Source: a virus
Taxonomy: Duplodnaviria; Caudoviricetes
Strand: one strand, 5' to 3'
DNA: 64,000 nucleotides
IMG/VR virus record: IMGVR_UViG_3300036851_000068
Coordinates: 1,822 to 65,821 of that record
This document shows, piece after piece, positions 28,679 to 38,522 of this stretch (positions are counted from its first letter, which is position 1; each line of letters starts with the position of its first letter). The notes under the pieces are model-generated. The model had not been told where the DNA came from. It made no database searches and worked only from the letters and a program-made list of their open reading frames with translations. The position numbers were made by a program, and so were the translations under genes.

Positions 28679-30055
28679 ATGAGTAGCGAAGATGTAGGCC
28701 GAATTGACCCGCGCAACCTTAGCATGGCCGAGAAGTTAGCGCTTCTCAGCGAGGAAGCGCGCACTGCCATGCTTGCGCAGTTCAGCGATGAGGAATGGGA
28801 TGCGCTCGAATACGACTGGAATTTCTGGAGCCGCCCCTCGCAGCAAGCACCGTTAGGTAACTGGTTAGGCTGGCTCATCATGACTGGTCGAGGCTGGGGC
28901 AAAAACCGTACAGCCGCTGAGTTTTGTGTCGGAGAGATCAGAGCCAATCGCAGCAGTCGCAGCGGATTCATTGCACGTACCGGGCCGGACATGCGCGACG
29001 TGGTTATCGAAGGCGAATCAGGCATCATGCGTATCTGCCCGCCAGACTTCCGGCCACTGTGGGAACCATCGAAGCGCCGCTTGTCATGGCCGAATGGCGC
29101 GATCACACACACGTACAGCGCCGATGAGCCAGACGTGCTGCGCGGGCCACAGCACGATTTGATATGGGGCGACGAGTTGGCTGCATGGAAGTTTCGTGAA
29201 GCGTGGACAAATGCAATGTTCGGTCTGCGCATGGGATTGAATCCGCGTTGGATTGCAACCACTACACCAAAGGTTACTCCTCTTATGAAGTCGTTGCTTC
29301 TTGAAGCCAAGCCGCGCGAGCAGTACGAAAACATGAGCGTTGGTGACCAGCGCGGCGCAATCATATTGAGCGGCGGCAGCACGTATGAGAATCTTGCGAA
29401 CCTCGCACCCGCGTTCATCAAGGAAGTTATCCGGCGCGCTGAAGGTACGCGCATTGCAAAGCAGGAAATCTACGGAAAGATGTTGGAGGACAGTCCCGAC
29501 GCGCTGTGGAAGCGTCAGCAGTTGGAAGACGACCGAGTTATCAAAGCGCCACCACTGCGCAATGTTGTTGTCGCCGTGGACCCGGCTGCATCTGCTTCCG
29601 AAGATAGCAGCGAAACCGGTATCATGGTGTGTGGCGTTGACGAAGCGGGACACGGCTATCTCATAGAGGATTCAACGATCAAGGGCAAGCCGGAACAGTG
29701 GGGAGCGGCTGCGGTCGCAGCGTTCCACAAGCACCAAGCGAATAGAATCATTGCTGAAACAAACAACGGCGGCGACATGGTTATCAGCGTAATCATGGCG
29801 GTTGACAAGATGGTTCCAACGAAGAAGATCACAGCGAGCCGGGCCAAGTACACTCGCGCGGAACCAGTAGCGGCATTGTACGCACAGCACATCATGCATC
29901 ATGTCGGCTACTACGCTGAACTTGAAGACCAGTTGTGTTTGTGGGTGCCCGGCGAAGAATCACCTGACCGGCTTGATGCGCTCGTGTGGGCGTTCAGCGA
30001 TTTGCTTGTGGACTTGAAGGCGAAAGTATATGGGCGCGATTTCGGAATTGCGTAG
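28679..30055 (+). CDS. terL: terminase large subunit
   Basis: GRGWGKN Walker A, LRGPQ, WGDELAAW Walker B, ATTTP, VAVDPA, SPDRLDALVWA. Confidence 0.96.
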   Translation: MSSEDVGRIDPRNLSMAEKLALLSEEARTAMLAQFSDEEWDALEYDWNFWSRPSQQAPLGNWLGWLIMTGRGWGKNRTAAEFCVGEIRANRSSRSGFIARTGPDMRDVVIEGESGIMRICPPDFRPLWEPSKRRLSWPNGAITHTYSADEPDVLRGPQHDLIWGDELAAWKFREAWTNAMFGLRMGLNPRWIATTTPKVTPLMKSLLLEAKPREQYENMSVGDQRGAIILSGGSTYENLANLAPAFIKEVIRRAEGTRIAKQEIYGKMLEDSPDALWKRQQLEDDRVIKAPPLRNVVVAVDPAASASEDSSETGIMVCGVDEAGHGYLIEDSTIKGKPEQWGAAAVAAFHKHQANRIIAETNNGGDMVISVIMAVDKMVPTKKITASRAKYTRAEPVAALYAQHIMHHVGYYAELEDQLCLWVPGEESPDRLDALVWAFSDLLVDLKAKVYGRDFGIA

Positions 30056-30071
30056 GGTTTCAACGGCGGGG

Positions 30072-30103
30072 GGTGTGTACAAAAAGTGTACACCGTACAC
30101 ACC
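30072..30103. promoter_or_regulatory. operator copy 4 (extended 9-bp inverted repeat)
   Basis: GGTGTGTAC-N14-GTACACACC, with an internal GTGTACAC. Confidence 0.75.
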
Positions 30104-30312
30104 AAAAGAAAGGACACTCTCGCGCCGCCCAATGTAGTGCAGTATAGCACACTGTCAAGTGATATTGCATCACTCTTTCGGAAACAGTACAGTATTGGTG
30201 ACTGTCGGAAAGTGTACACGGGAACAAACGTTTGCCTGTGTACGTTTTGAAAACGTACATAGATAGAAGATAAAGTGCTAGACTGTAAACAGCCTGGGCA
30301 GGAGGGGTTTCG

Positions 30313-33300
30313 TTGGCACGGAAGCGCTCGCTAGAGTCAGAACTGAATCAAGCCTCGAAGAACATCGGTAGGCGTGCGTCTGTCGGCAAGTCGGGACAGG
30401 GCGCTTACAGTCTTGTGCCCGTGCAGTCTTCACAGCATTTCCCTCTGAGATCACAACCTCGACCGTCGCAGCAGAACCTGTTGCGAGCGTATGCGGAGTC
30501 TCCGTGGCTGCACATCAAGATTGCACGGCTGGCAGCGTCATGGGCCAACGTACCATTCAAGGTTGTGGCTGAAGATGCGAAGGGCAAGGAGACGGACCTT
30601 CCTCGCGCGCACCCCCTGCACCTGCTGATGCGAAAACCGAACCCGGCGATGAGTGGCTGGGACTTGCGTTTCTTGACCGAGTTGTACATTCGCTCTGTTG
30701 GGGAATGCTACTGGCGCGTGCGAGGTAGTTCACTCGGGCGCGAACTGTGGGTGTATCCGGCCAACTGGGTTACGCGCGTGTTCGACCGGAATCGCCAGGT
30801 GTCAGAGTATCAGGTTGCGGAGACGCAGCCCGGTGGCGTGAATATCATTCGTGTTCCAGCGAGTCAGATGATTTGGTTGCGATCACCAGACCCGCTTGAG
30901 CCGTACAGCGCCGGACTTGGCGACGCGCTATCACTTGCCAGCGAGATTGATACATTTGAGTTGGCGTCTGAGTCTGACCGGCGTTTTTTCGAGAACGATG
31001 CATCACCACCTGGTGCGCTCGTAGTGCCGGGACGTTTGACACAGGACGAGAACGACCGGATGCGCGACGACTTTCAGCGCAAGCAGGGCGGGCCGGAGAA
31101 TCAGGGCAAGCCGATGCTGCTGTGGGGCGGCATGGATTGGAAATCGTTCCGTGCGGGCCGTAAGGAAATGGATTTCATTGATGGGCAACGGTATCTGCGC
31201 GACGTGATTATCGCGGGCGTGCACAAGCACGTTCTTGGAATCACGGACGATGTAAACTTCGCGGCGGCTAAGGCGGCTGACTACCAGGTTAGCAAGTGGG
31301 AGTTAGCGCCGCGCGTTCCGTGGTGGGAAGATAACACGGACAAAATTGCGATCATGTATGACGAGCGCGCGCATGTGCGATGGGATAACCCTGTGCCGCA
31401 GGACGAGCAGATCGAATTGCAGAAGGCAAACGAAGGATTGCTGCGCGGCGCGATAACACGAAACGAGTGGCGCGTTATCAACAAGATGGAACCTCTGCCT
31501 GACGACATCGGCCATGTGTTCATCATTCCGCCGGGCCTTGTCGTTGTACCTGCGGATGAAGCGGCGCAGATGCCTGTGGTGTCACCACAGATTCCACCGG
31601 AGGCGAGGCCGGAGGGCGGCACGCCTGAAAATAGGCCACCGGCAGAAGACGACGACAAAGAACGTGGGAACCCTTTATCCGTTAAGCACACACCCGGAGG
31701 CCATGAGCACGATCAGTCTTCACACGGAGGCGAAGGCGGGGGCGGCGGCGATGAGGGCGACGGTGGCAAAGAGTCTAGCACCGGGAAACTGAGCGGCAAC
31801 AAGCCAATTGTACACGATGGCGGAAACGACGCTAACGTTAACGAATGGAAACCCGATGTGTGGAGTGCCGGAGATGTGTTGCTGGATGATAATGCGACCA
31901 TTTTTTACCACAAGAGCGGAACTGTTCTTGTTGGAGGTCCAGGGTCGCAGCATTCTGAAGTTATCTACATAGCGGGTAAGAAGCCTTCGTATGAAGATGA
32001 AGGTTCACACGTTATGTGGACAAGTAGGCGCGGTAATGAAAAGAATACGTTGTATTTTGTTATGACAACGGAGCGAAACGAATGGGATGCTACATTTGCT
32101 TTCCTAGAGGGGCTTGCTGAACGTGGCGTAAATGATTCGGTGCAGGCAATAATCGGTGGAGATATAAAACCAGTTAGAGAATGGTTGAAGCAGGGAAAGG
32201 CCGCTGCGTTGAAGGCATGGCGCAAGTATAAGGCACCAGTATTCGACCCACTTCATCCTAGTTGGCGGCGCGTGTTGGAGCAAGTTAGTGGTGCAGTGAA
32301 GACAGACGACACAATGGACGTGCTGCGACCTATCTACGAAGCCGTGATGGAATCCCGTATCTCAGATGTGAAAGAAGAACTGGGCATCAACGTGGGCCTG
32401 AGCCTGACGGACCCGGACCTTCTTGCATATCTAAGAAGCGCAGCGGGCGAGCGCATTACGCGAGTGGACGAGAACACACGCGATCAGATTCGTGAGGCGC
32501 TTGAGGAAGGCATTCGTGCCGGTGACAACTTGCGCGGGCTGGAAGAAAGACTTAACACGGTGTTTGACATTGCCAAGGAGCACAGGGCCGAAAGAATCGC
32601 GCGCACGGAAGTCATTGATGCGTCGAACGCGACAGCCTATGCATCGTACCAGCGTAGCGGTGTGGTTGAGGGCGTGGAGTGGCTGCTTGCGCCTGACTAT
32701 GATGGCGAGGAAGACGATTTCGAATGTGAGGCTATCGAGGAAGCCGGGCCGGTGCGTGTGGGTGAGGAGTTTGTTCCTGGCATTGCTTGGCCGCCAGGTC
32801 ACCCGAATTGTAGGTGCGCCATTGCTCCCGTGGTAGCGGGAGATGAACTTGCTGAGATCGTGGATGCGGAAGCCGTGGTCGAGGACCGCATGGGCGCGCG
32901 CGGGATGGTTGAGGACCAGAAGCGTGAAGCGGTTGAGAAGGAAGGATTGCCAGTGTTACCCATAACGTCTGAGGAGAAACAGCGAATAATAAAGCAGTGG
33001 AACGAGGAGATTGTTCCCCAGTTCAATCAGTCGCGCAAGGATTTGCGTGCGGCAAGGGAGATACAAGGCGGCAGTATCTCACAATCTGTTGCTGATGAAA
33101 ACCGTGCGATGGAGAAGTTTTTCGGTAAGTGGGCCGAGGTAACGTTTGAAGATATGAAGCGCTGGTTGCCGGAGAGTGTGCAGACTCCTTTGTACAAGGG
33201 ATTTAAGATTACCAGTAAAAAGGGAGCCTTTTACGAAGAAGGATTCATACACATAAATCGGGAACTGGCGCTTAGCAAGATGAGTCAGTTTAACGAGGTT

Positions 33301-33993
33301 GTTAATGGCCTTGGTCAAGTGCAGGATAATATTGACCTTTGGCACATGCAGACTATATTCCACGAAGTGAGTCATGCGATGTTTGACTGGTCCGCTAACA
33401 TGGTGCGGTTCTACAACGAGGGCGGAAAGTCATTGATAGAGGCCGTCAACGATATAATGGGTACCCAGCACACTAGAACATGGCTAGAAACCGTGGGCAT
33501 AAAGGTGCAGCCGGAAGCAATAGAGTCATTCTTGTACGGAAAGGATTCATCGTATTCGGGCTACGTTCAGAACTGGGATAGATGGTTCCAGGGCTTCAAC
33601 GTGAACATTCGCGACGAGCGCGTAGCGTCTCGAATATATGCCTCGATGGTCGTGGACGATGCGAACGTTCCTCAGTTGACGAGAATTGAGGGCGCAAGCG
33701 GCGGGGCACCGTTACTTCGACAGTTCAACATGGACCGCGTGTTCGATTCGATTGAGCCTGAGATTCGTTCTTCGATGAGCGATGAAATTCAGGCGGCATG
33801 GGATAAGACGATTGGCGGCGGGCAGACGCGGGCGATTCGTGAAGAAGCAAAGCGTTCATGGACTAGTGCGTCGAAGAACTGGCTTGGTGAGCAAGATGTG
33901 GTTGGTAACGATCAGATAGATGCATGGACGAAGCAAGTCAAGGATGCCGTGCAGAATCGTTTTGATAAACTGCGTGCCGAGGGGAGCATCTAA
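30313..33993 (+). CDS. portal protein fused to MuF (SPP1 gp7-like) domain and C-terminal HExxH metallopeptidase-like domain
   Basis: HK97-type portal (LMRKPNP, FFENDASP, ITRNEWR); MuF RAERIARTE and HPNCRC (aa ~830); IFHEVSH...E (aa ~1017); TTG start with GGAGG. Confidence 0.88.
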   Translation: MARKRSLESELNQASKNIGRRASVGKSGQGAYSLVPVQSSQHFPLRSQPRPSQQNLLRAYAESPWLHIKIARLAASWANVPFKVVAEDAKGKETDLPRAHPLHLLMRKPNPAMSGWDLRFLTELYIRSVGECYWRVRGSSLGRELWVYPANWVTRVFDRNRQVSEYQVAETQPGGVNIIRVPASQMIWLRSPDPLEPYSAGLGDALSLASEIDTFELASESDRRFFENDASPPGALVVPGRLTQDENDRMRDDFQRKQGGPENQGKPMLLWGGMDWKSFRAGRKEMDFIDGQRYLRDVIIAGVHKHVLGITDDVNFAAAKAADYQVSKWELAPRVPWWEDNTDKIAIMYDERAHVRWDNPVPQDEQIELQKANEGLLRGAITRNEWRVINKMEPLPDDIGHVFIIPPGLVVVPADEAAQMPVVSPQIPPEARPEGGTPENRPPAEDDDKERGNPLSVKHTPGGHEHDQSSHGGEGGGGGDEGDGGKESSTGKLSGNKPIVHDGGNDANVNEWKPDVWSAGDVLLDDNATIFYHKSGTVLVGGPGSQHSEVIYIAGKKPSYEDEGSHVMWTSRRGNEKNTLYFVMTTERNEWDATFAFLEGLAERGVNDSVQAIIGGDIKPVREWLKQGKAAALKAWRKYKAPVFDPLHPSWRRVLEQVSGAVKTDDTMDVLRPIYEAVMESRISDVKEELGINVGLSLTDPDLLAYLRSAAGERITRVDENTRDQIREALEEGIRAGDNLRGLEERLNTVFDIAKEHRAERIARTEVIDASNATAYASYQRSGVVEGVEWLLAPDYDGEEDDFECEAIEEAGPVRVGEEFVPGIAWPPGHPNCRCAIAPVVAGDELAEIVDAEAVVEDRMGARGMVEDQKREAVEKEGLPVLPITSEEKQRIIKQWNEEIVPQFNQSRKDLRAAREIQGGSISQSVADENRAMEKFFGKWAEVTFEDMKRWLPESVQTPLYKGFKITSKKGAFYEEGFIHINRELALSKMSQFNEVVNGLGQVQDNIDLWHMQTIFHEVSHAMFDWSANMVRFYNEGGKSLIEAVNDIMGTQHTRTWLETVGIKVQPEAIESFLYGKDSSYSGYVQNWDRWFQGFNVNIRDERVASRIYASMVVDDANVPQLTRIEGASGGAPLLRQFNMDRVFDSIEPEIRSSMSDEIQAAWDKTIGGGQTRAIREEAKRSWTSASKNWLGEQDVVGNDQIDAWTKQVKDAVQNRFDKLRAEGSI

Positions 33994-34361
33994 TGGCTAC
34001 GCTGCCGGAGATCATGGGAATGGCGGATGGCTCGCGCGAGAATGTGGTGCGTGCCATTAAGACACTGGAGACGGAATTTGATGTGACGGACTACAACAAC
34101 GTTGCGGTGCAGCGCGCCATGAGTGTGTTGCAGCGTATGCTCAGCGGATGGGATGTGCCGGGGCGCGCGAAGGGTCATGCGCCGAAGCGTCGCCTGCGCA
34201 TTTGGTTCGGGGACAAGAAGATGAAGCACATTAACGCACTCGGGCGCGAACACACACGGCTTGAGCGCCATATGGAAAACAAGTTGCAGCGTGTCTTTCA
34301 GAGCCAACGACGCGCGGCCATTCGTACATTGCGGCAGCAGGCCAAGGAACGAGGAGAATAA
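33993..34361 (+). CDS. hypothetical protein coupled to the portal fusion
   Basis: TAATG overlap; helical, basic C-terminus. Confidence 0.6.
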   Translation: MATLPEIMGMADGSRENVVRAIKTLETEFDVTDYNNVAVQRAMSVLQRMLSGWDVPGRAKGHAPKRRLRIWFGDKKMKHINALGREHTRLERHMENKLQRVFQSQRRAAIRTLRQQAKERGE

Positions 34362-34363
34362 CG

Positions 34364-34777
34364 ATGCGAGGACGATATAACCTTATATTCTTATATGCTG
34401 GGGCCATTCACATGATGTGGGCCATCCTGCTTCTATTCGGCAAGGAAGTTTTGTATTCTACACCGGCTTCTGCCATCGCTGGCCTGGGACAGTACGGCGC
34501 GGCGGCGGTACTGTTCGTTTCCTCATTGCTTGGAGTCATTGGTTATCGAAAGTCAGGACTCATCGAAACGCTTCTGCCACAGCAGGCTATTCTGATGCTT
34601 AGCGCAGCGGCCAGCCTGCATGCGTCTGCGTTGAGTCAGTATGCCGATGGTATTCCTAGGCCGTTCCTGTTCATATTTGCAGATCAACTACCTACTATCC
34701 TGGCGGCAGTTCTACATTTGGTAGCACTCTTGTACGAGTCGCGCGAGTCGATTCTCATAAAGAGTGTCAAACTATGA
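34364..34777 (+). CDS. four-TM membrane protein
   Basis: Four hydrophobic helices; GAGGAG SD. Confidence 0.65.
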   Translation: MRGRYNLIFLYAGAIHMMWAILLLFGKEVLYSTPASAIAGLGQYGAAAVLFVSSLLGVIGYRKSGLIETLLPQQAILMLSAAASLHASALSQYADGIPRPFLFIFADQLPTILAAVLHLVALLYESRESILIKSVKL

Positions 34778-35142
34778 TAGACAAGTCATTACTTGAACTT
34801 ATCATCGCGGGCGTAGGTCTTGTGTCGGCCATGATAGCGGTTGCTCGCGTTGCAGTCTCTAGTCTTGCGGATACGATGCGTACAGTTATAATGCAGCAAT
34901 CGAAGCGCGATGATGAAACGCGGTCCGCAGAGATTGTCCTGCGACAGGAAATACTGAGGCAGCAGGAACGGATTGCAACGGTCATGGATAATCACCTGTC
35001 TGGAATATCAGCGGCACTAGGTAAAATCACGCTGACACAAGACTTGATTGTAGACCGCTTGCTAGATGCTGTGGTCATTCCAAAACAGGGATTGAAAGCG
35101 ATCACCTTAGAGCCACGCGGCGATAAGGATGAGAAGTCATGA
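34774..35142 (+). CDS. single-TM coiled-coil protein (holin/XhlA-like)
   Basis: N-terminal TM; DNHL motif. Confidence 0.5.
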   Translation: MIDKSLLELIIAGVGLVSAMIAVARVAVSSLADTMRTVIMQQSKRDDETRSAEIVLRQEILRQQERIATVMDNHLSGISAALGKITLTQDLIVDRLLDAVVIPKQGLKAITLEPRGDKDEKS

Positions 35143-35309
35143 TAGTTTTACGTAGACAATGGTGGGACGCACGCATTCATGCTGAAGGATGTGAGTGATG
35201 CAAGTCTATGTGGACCGCGAGGGCACTCATTACCTGCGCGAGAAGCCAGGAGCACGATGGGAGTCATGCAACGGAACTGTCATTGAAGATCATGAGGAGG
35301 TAGTACAGG

Positions 35310-35645
35310 ATGGAAGTGCTGGGCAGCGCACAGGGCCTGGACAACACGGACCTAACCCTGACAATCGACATAGCGGAATCGGCAGGCGTAAAGGTTTCGC
35401 AAGTGATGGTCGCATACAGCGCAGCCGTGACCGAAGACGTAGACGTGCTTCTCGACAGCCTGCTGGGGGAACCATTCGACGTACTGCTCGTGAAGTTCGT
35501 ATTGGAAAGTAACCGCTACGGTGTGTGGATTCCCGAAAGTGAATGTGTGTTGGTGGCCGGTGACAAACTGGTCATTACTGCGCCTGCGGGCGGCGCGGGC
35601 ATCACTGCAACGATCACAGTGTACGGAATCAGGAGACTTGACTGA
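35310..35645 (+). CDS. small beta-rich virion protein (putative)
   Basis: GAGGAGG SD; L.AGDKL.IT pattern. Confidence 0.55.
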   Translation: MEVLGSAQGLDNTDLTLTIDIAESAGVKVSQVMVAYSAAVTEDVDVLLDSLLGEPFDVLLVKFVLESNRYGVWIPESECVLVAGDKLVITAPAGGAGITATITVYGIRRLD

Positions 35646-37792
35646 TGCCTGAGCCTGTTGGCTATTCTGGTGCGCCTTACATTGATGGAGTCAAACCCGT
35701 CTTCACCCAGGCGATGGCGGATGATTTGTATGTGAACGTCACTGGCGACGTTATGACAGGCTTCCTCACGCTGAACGCAGACCCGACTTCCGCGCTGCAC
35801 GCTGTTACTAAGCAGTACGCTGATGCGCTCATGATAGATCACCTGGCAGAAGGCGACCCACATCCGCAGTATCTATTGGTGGCCGAGGGTAACGCGGCAT
35901 ATGTCCTGAAGGCCGGGGACACTATGACTGGTGCGCTGACGATAGCGGTGGCTACTGGCGGGCAGTTGCTCACGCTGGCATCTTCGGGCGTTGGTGACCC
36001 AATCCTTCATTTCCTCAAGACGGGCGTGCAGGCGTGGGTCATAGGAATTGACGACAGTGATGCCGACAAGTTTAAGATAGCGTCCTCCGGTGCATTGGAG
36101 ACGGTCACTGCGCTAACTATAACAACGTCGAATCTAGTTGGCATAAATACGGCGACACCTTCTGGAAGGTTGGAAGTGCGCGGCGACGAGGGAATACTCG
36201 TAGGTCAGGTAGGGTCGTCTCGCGCCTTGGAGATATTGACTTCTGGCACGGTCTATAGAATTCGTTCGGCAGGCGGTGCAGCGGCAGACGACCTGCAAAT
36301 CATGCAGGGCAACACTGGAATACTGACGCTTCATACGACGGCTGTGGAGCGCGTGAGGATTCTCGCCGGTGGCGACGTTGGTATAGGAATCGCTGACCCA
36401 ACAATGTCGCCGAATCAAACGCGGAACGTGGCGATGTATGGGGCACCGACTGTTGGTTTGAAACTTATAGGTTCGCGTACCATAGAAGCCGACATTGCTA
36501 CGCTGTCGTTCATAAATAATCCTACAGGCACAACCTTCAATGAGTTGGTGCGTTTGGAGGGGGTGCGTGAGCAAGCCGATAACAGCGGTCTGTTGAACTT
36601 CTATGTAATGACGGCAGGTGCATTGACCGCGCGGATGCAGTTGACGACGGCAGGGAAGTTGAGGCTGTTCAGTCCTGCTGCGATAACGGTGGCTGCGGCG
36701 TCTCTGCCCCTTCTGTTGCAAGGTGGCGGTGGTGGCACGACAGATATTCTGCAAATAGAGACGGCTTCCGGCTTCAGGATTGCTACCTTCGATAGTGACG
36801 GCGACTTACTGTTTCGCGTAGATGAGTTGGCAAGCATCGGAGCAGCCGGAGCGAATAGGCCGACTGCCGTTTATGTAGTATCGCAGGTCGCAGTAGGAGT
36901 GAATGCCGATATGCCCGCGTCTGGTTTGCTGCGATTGGCCGGTAGTTCGACGCTGTTCAGCGCAAAGCATACCGGCACTGGCGGAGCGATGTTCCAACTG
37001 GTAGGTACTGCTGCGCTTTTCAATGACAACGCCGTACAGATAAGTCTCGCAGGGGCATTAGGAAACTACTTGGCGGCGAGTGCGACTGGCGGCCTGCCGG
37101 TGACCCTTAGCCCTGTAGGCGTGACGATAGGTTCGGCCATTACTAGCCCTCCAACGAACAAGGGTATGCTGCGTCTACTCTCGCGAGAGACTTCACTGGA
37201 AGCGTTGACTGGCATCGAGTTCTCGCAGGCACCGAACTACGGCTACAAGGTGGCGGTGCTTGATAACACGGTGTCAATGATATTTGCAAATCGCGAGGAT
37301 TCAGCGACATGGACAGAACTTATGAGATTGAAGGGAAGGGGAACTATAGAGACGACCGGAGCCGTTGGCAATACGGCGGCTATTTTTGGCGCAGGAGGTA
37401 ATGGCGTTGCGCTTGTTCGAAGTTCTCCGAGTGTGGGCTTGAACGCTTACTACAACGCAGGATGGAAGGCTATTTTTACTGGCGCTGCGGCTATTCTCGG
37501 GGGCGATGGGGGCGGCGGTTTTGTTATATACACTGCTCCAAGTGCTGCTACGGATGCTGCATTAACGTTGACGGAGAGATTGGTTCTGTCGGCTGGCGGC
37601 AGCGTTGTAATAGGAGCATTGGCTGACTTAGCATCAACCGCTACTGAGGGGTTTGTATATATCCCTTCGGATGATGCTGCGCCGACTGGTACCCCTAATG
37701 CATTTACTGGAAAGGTAGCAATGATGTTTGATAGAGCGAATAACAAGTTGATGGTATATGATGGCGGTTGGGTAGGAATAACGTTGGCGTAA
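35645..37792 (+). CDS. fibre-like virion protein
   Basis: YVNVTGDVMTG, HAVTKQYAD, DPHPQY, KAGDTMTG, repeated VGIG/ERVRI fibre motifs; G/A/T-rich. Confidence 0.8.
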   Translation: MPEPVGYSGAPYIDGVKPVFTQAMADDLYVNVTGDVMTGFLTLNADPTSALHAVTKQYADALMIDHLAEGDPHPQYLLVAEGNAAYVLKAGDTMTGALTIAVATGGQLLTLASSGVGDPILHFLKTGVQAWVIGIDDSDADKFKIASSGALETVTALTITTSNLVGINTATPSGRLEVRGDEGILVGQVGSSRALEILTSGTVYRIRSAGGAAADDLQIMQGNTGILTLHTTAVERVRILAGGDVGIGIADPTMSPNQTRNVAMYGAPTVGLKLIGSRTIEADIATLSFINNPTGTTFNELVRLEGVREQADNSGLLNFYVMTAGALTARMQLTTAGKLRLFSPAAITVAAASLPLLLQGGGGGTTDILQIETASGFRIATFDSDGDLLFRVDELASIGAAGANRPTAVYVVSQVAVGVNADMPASGLLRLAGSSTLFSAKHTGTGGAMFQLVGTAALFNDNAVQISLAGALGNYLAASATGGLPVTLSPVGVTIGSAITSPPTNKGMLRLLSRETSLEALTGIEFSQAPNYGYKVAVLDNTVSMIFANREDSATWTELMRLKGRGTIETTGAVGNTAAIFGAGGNGVALVRSSPSVGLNAYYNAGWKAIFTGAAAILGGDGGGGFVIYTAPSAATDAALTLTERLVLSAGGSVVIGALADLASTATEGFVYIPSDDAAPTGTPNAFTGKVAMMFDRANNKLMVYDGGWVGITLA

Positions 37793-37830
37793 GCAAACTA
37801 AGTCGCGCTAAGGCGCGGGGAGGCAAGACA

Positions 37831-38214
37831 ATGGGAACAGTTACGGAGATCGAGAGAGTACAGTTGGACCTGGCGGCACCAGCCTACAGGCTGACTGAGG
37901 GCGACAGGAAGGTACTGGGTACGGAAGACCCAGTGATGGGAGCCGTACGCGCAACGCAGTTCGTGTTGAGGACTGCGGTGACAACGCACTTTGCCCAGGG
38001 GATGGAGAATCACAACGCTCGCATTTGGAGCCGGTGGCAGAAGGTCTTGGACGGTGACTCCAGAGAGGTTGAGGTGAGCAATCCGGACTTTGAGTGGTTA
38101 TGGAAAATCTACTCGGCTGACTCACTGAAACTGCCTGCGGCGCTGTCGTCCTGGCGGGTGCTGTTGGAGAACCATTTGCTGGACGTACGGGACAGCCTGC
38201 GCAAGCAAGAATAG
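37831..38214 (+). CDS. hypothetical protein, possible fibre chaperone
   Basis: GGAGG SD; follows fibre gene. Confidence 0.5.
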   Translation: MGTVTEIERVQLDLAAPAYRLTEGDRKVLGTEDPVMGAVRATQFVLRTAVTTHFAQGMENHNARIWSRWQKVLDGDSREVEVSNPDFEWLWKIYSADSLKLPAALSSWRVLLENHLLDVRDSLRKQE

Positions 38215-38508
38215 TTGTTGGAGGGTACCTCTGTGAAGGTGAAGGGTCGTTATTTATATTGGTATAAAGGGCGCTGGGTGACGCGGCAAAGAAAACATGA
38301 GTTGAAATACCCGCAGAAGTTTTATGCGCAGATGGCTACGAGAGAAGCCGTAAAATGGGGTCTGATAAAGCGTGGTCTTTGTGAGGTGTGCGGGATTAGT
38401 AAAACACAGGCACATCACGTTACTTATACGCCACCATTGAAGATAAGGTGGTTATGCGCGAAGCATCATCGTGAGGAGCATGGCCGGAAGCCTGGAGCAA
38501 GAAAATAA
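38215..38508 (+). CDS. HNH-type endonuclease-like protein
   Basis: CEVCG...QAHH..Y..PL.IRWLCAKHH..EH; AT-richer than flanks. Confidence 0.75.
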   Translation: MLEGTSVKVKGRYLYWYKGRWVTRQRKHELKYPQKFYAQMATREAVKWGLIKRGLCEVCGISKTQAHHVTYTPPLKIRWLCAKHHREEHGRKPGARK

Positions 38509-38522
38509 AATGACGTGAGGAC

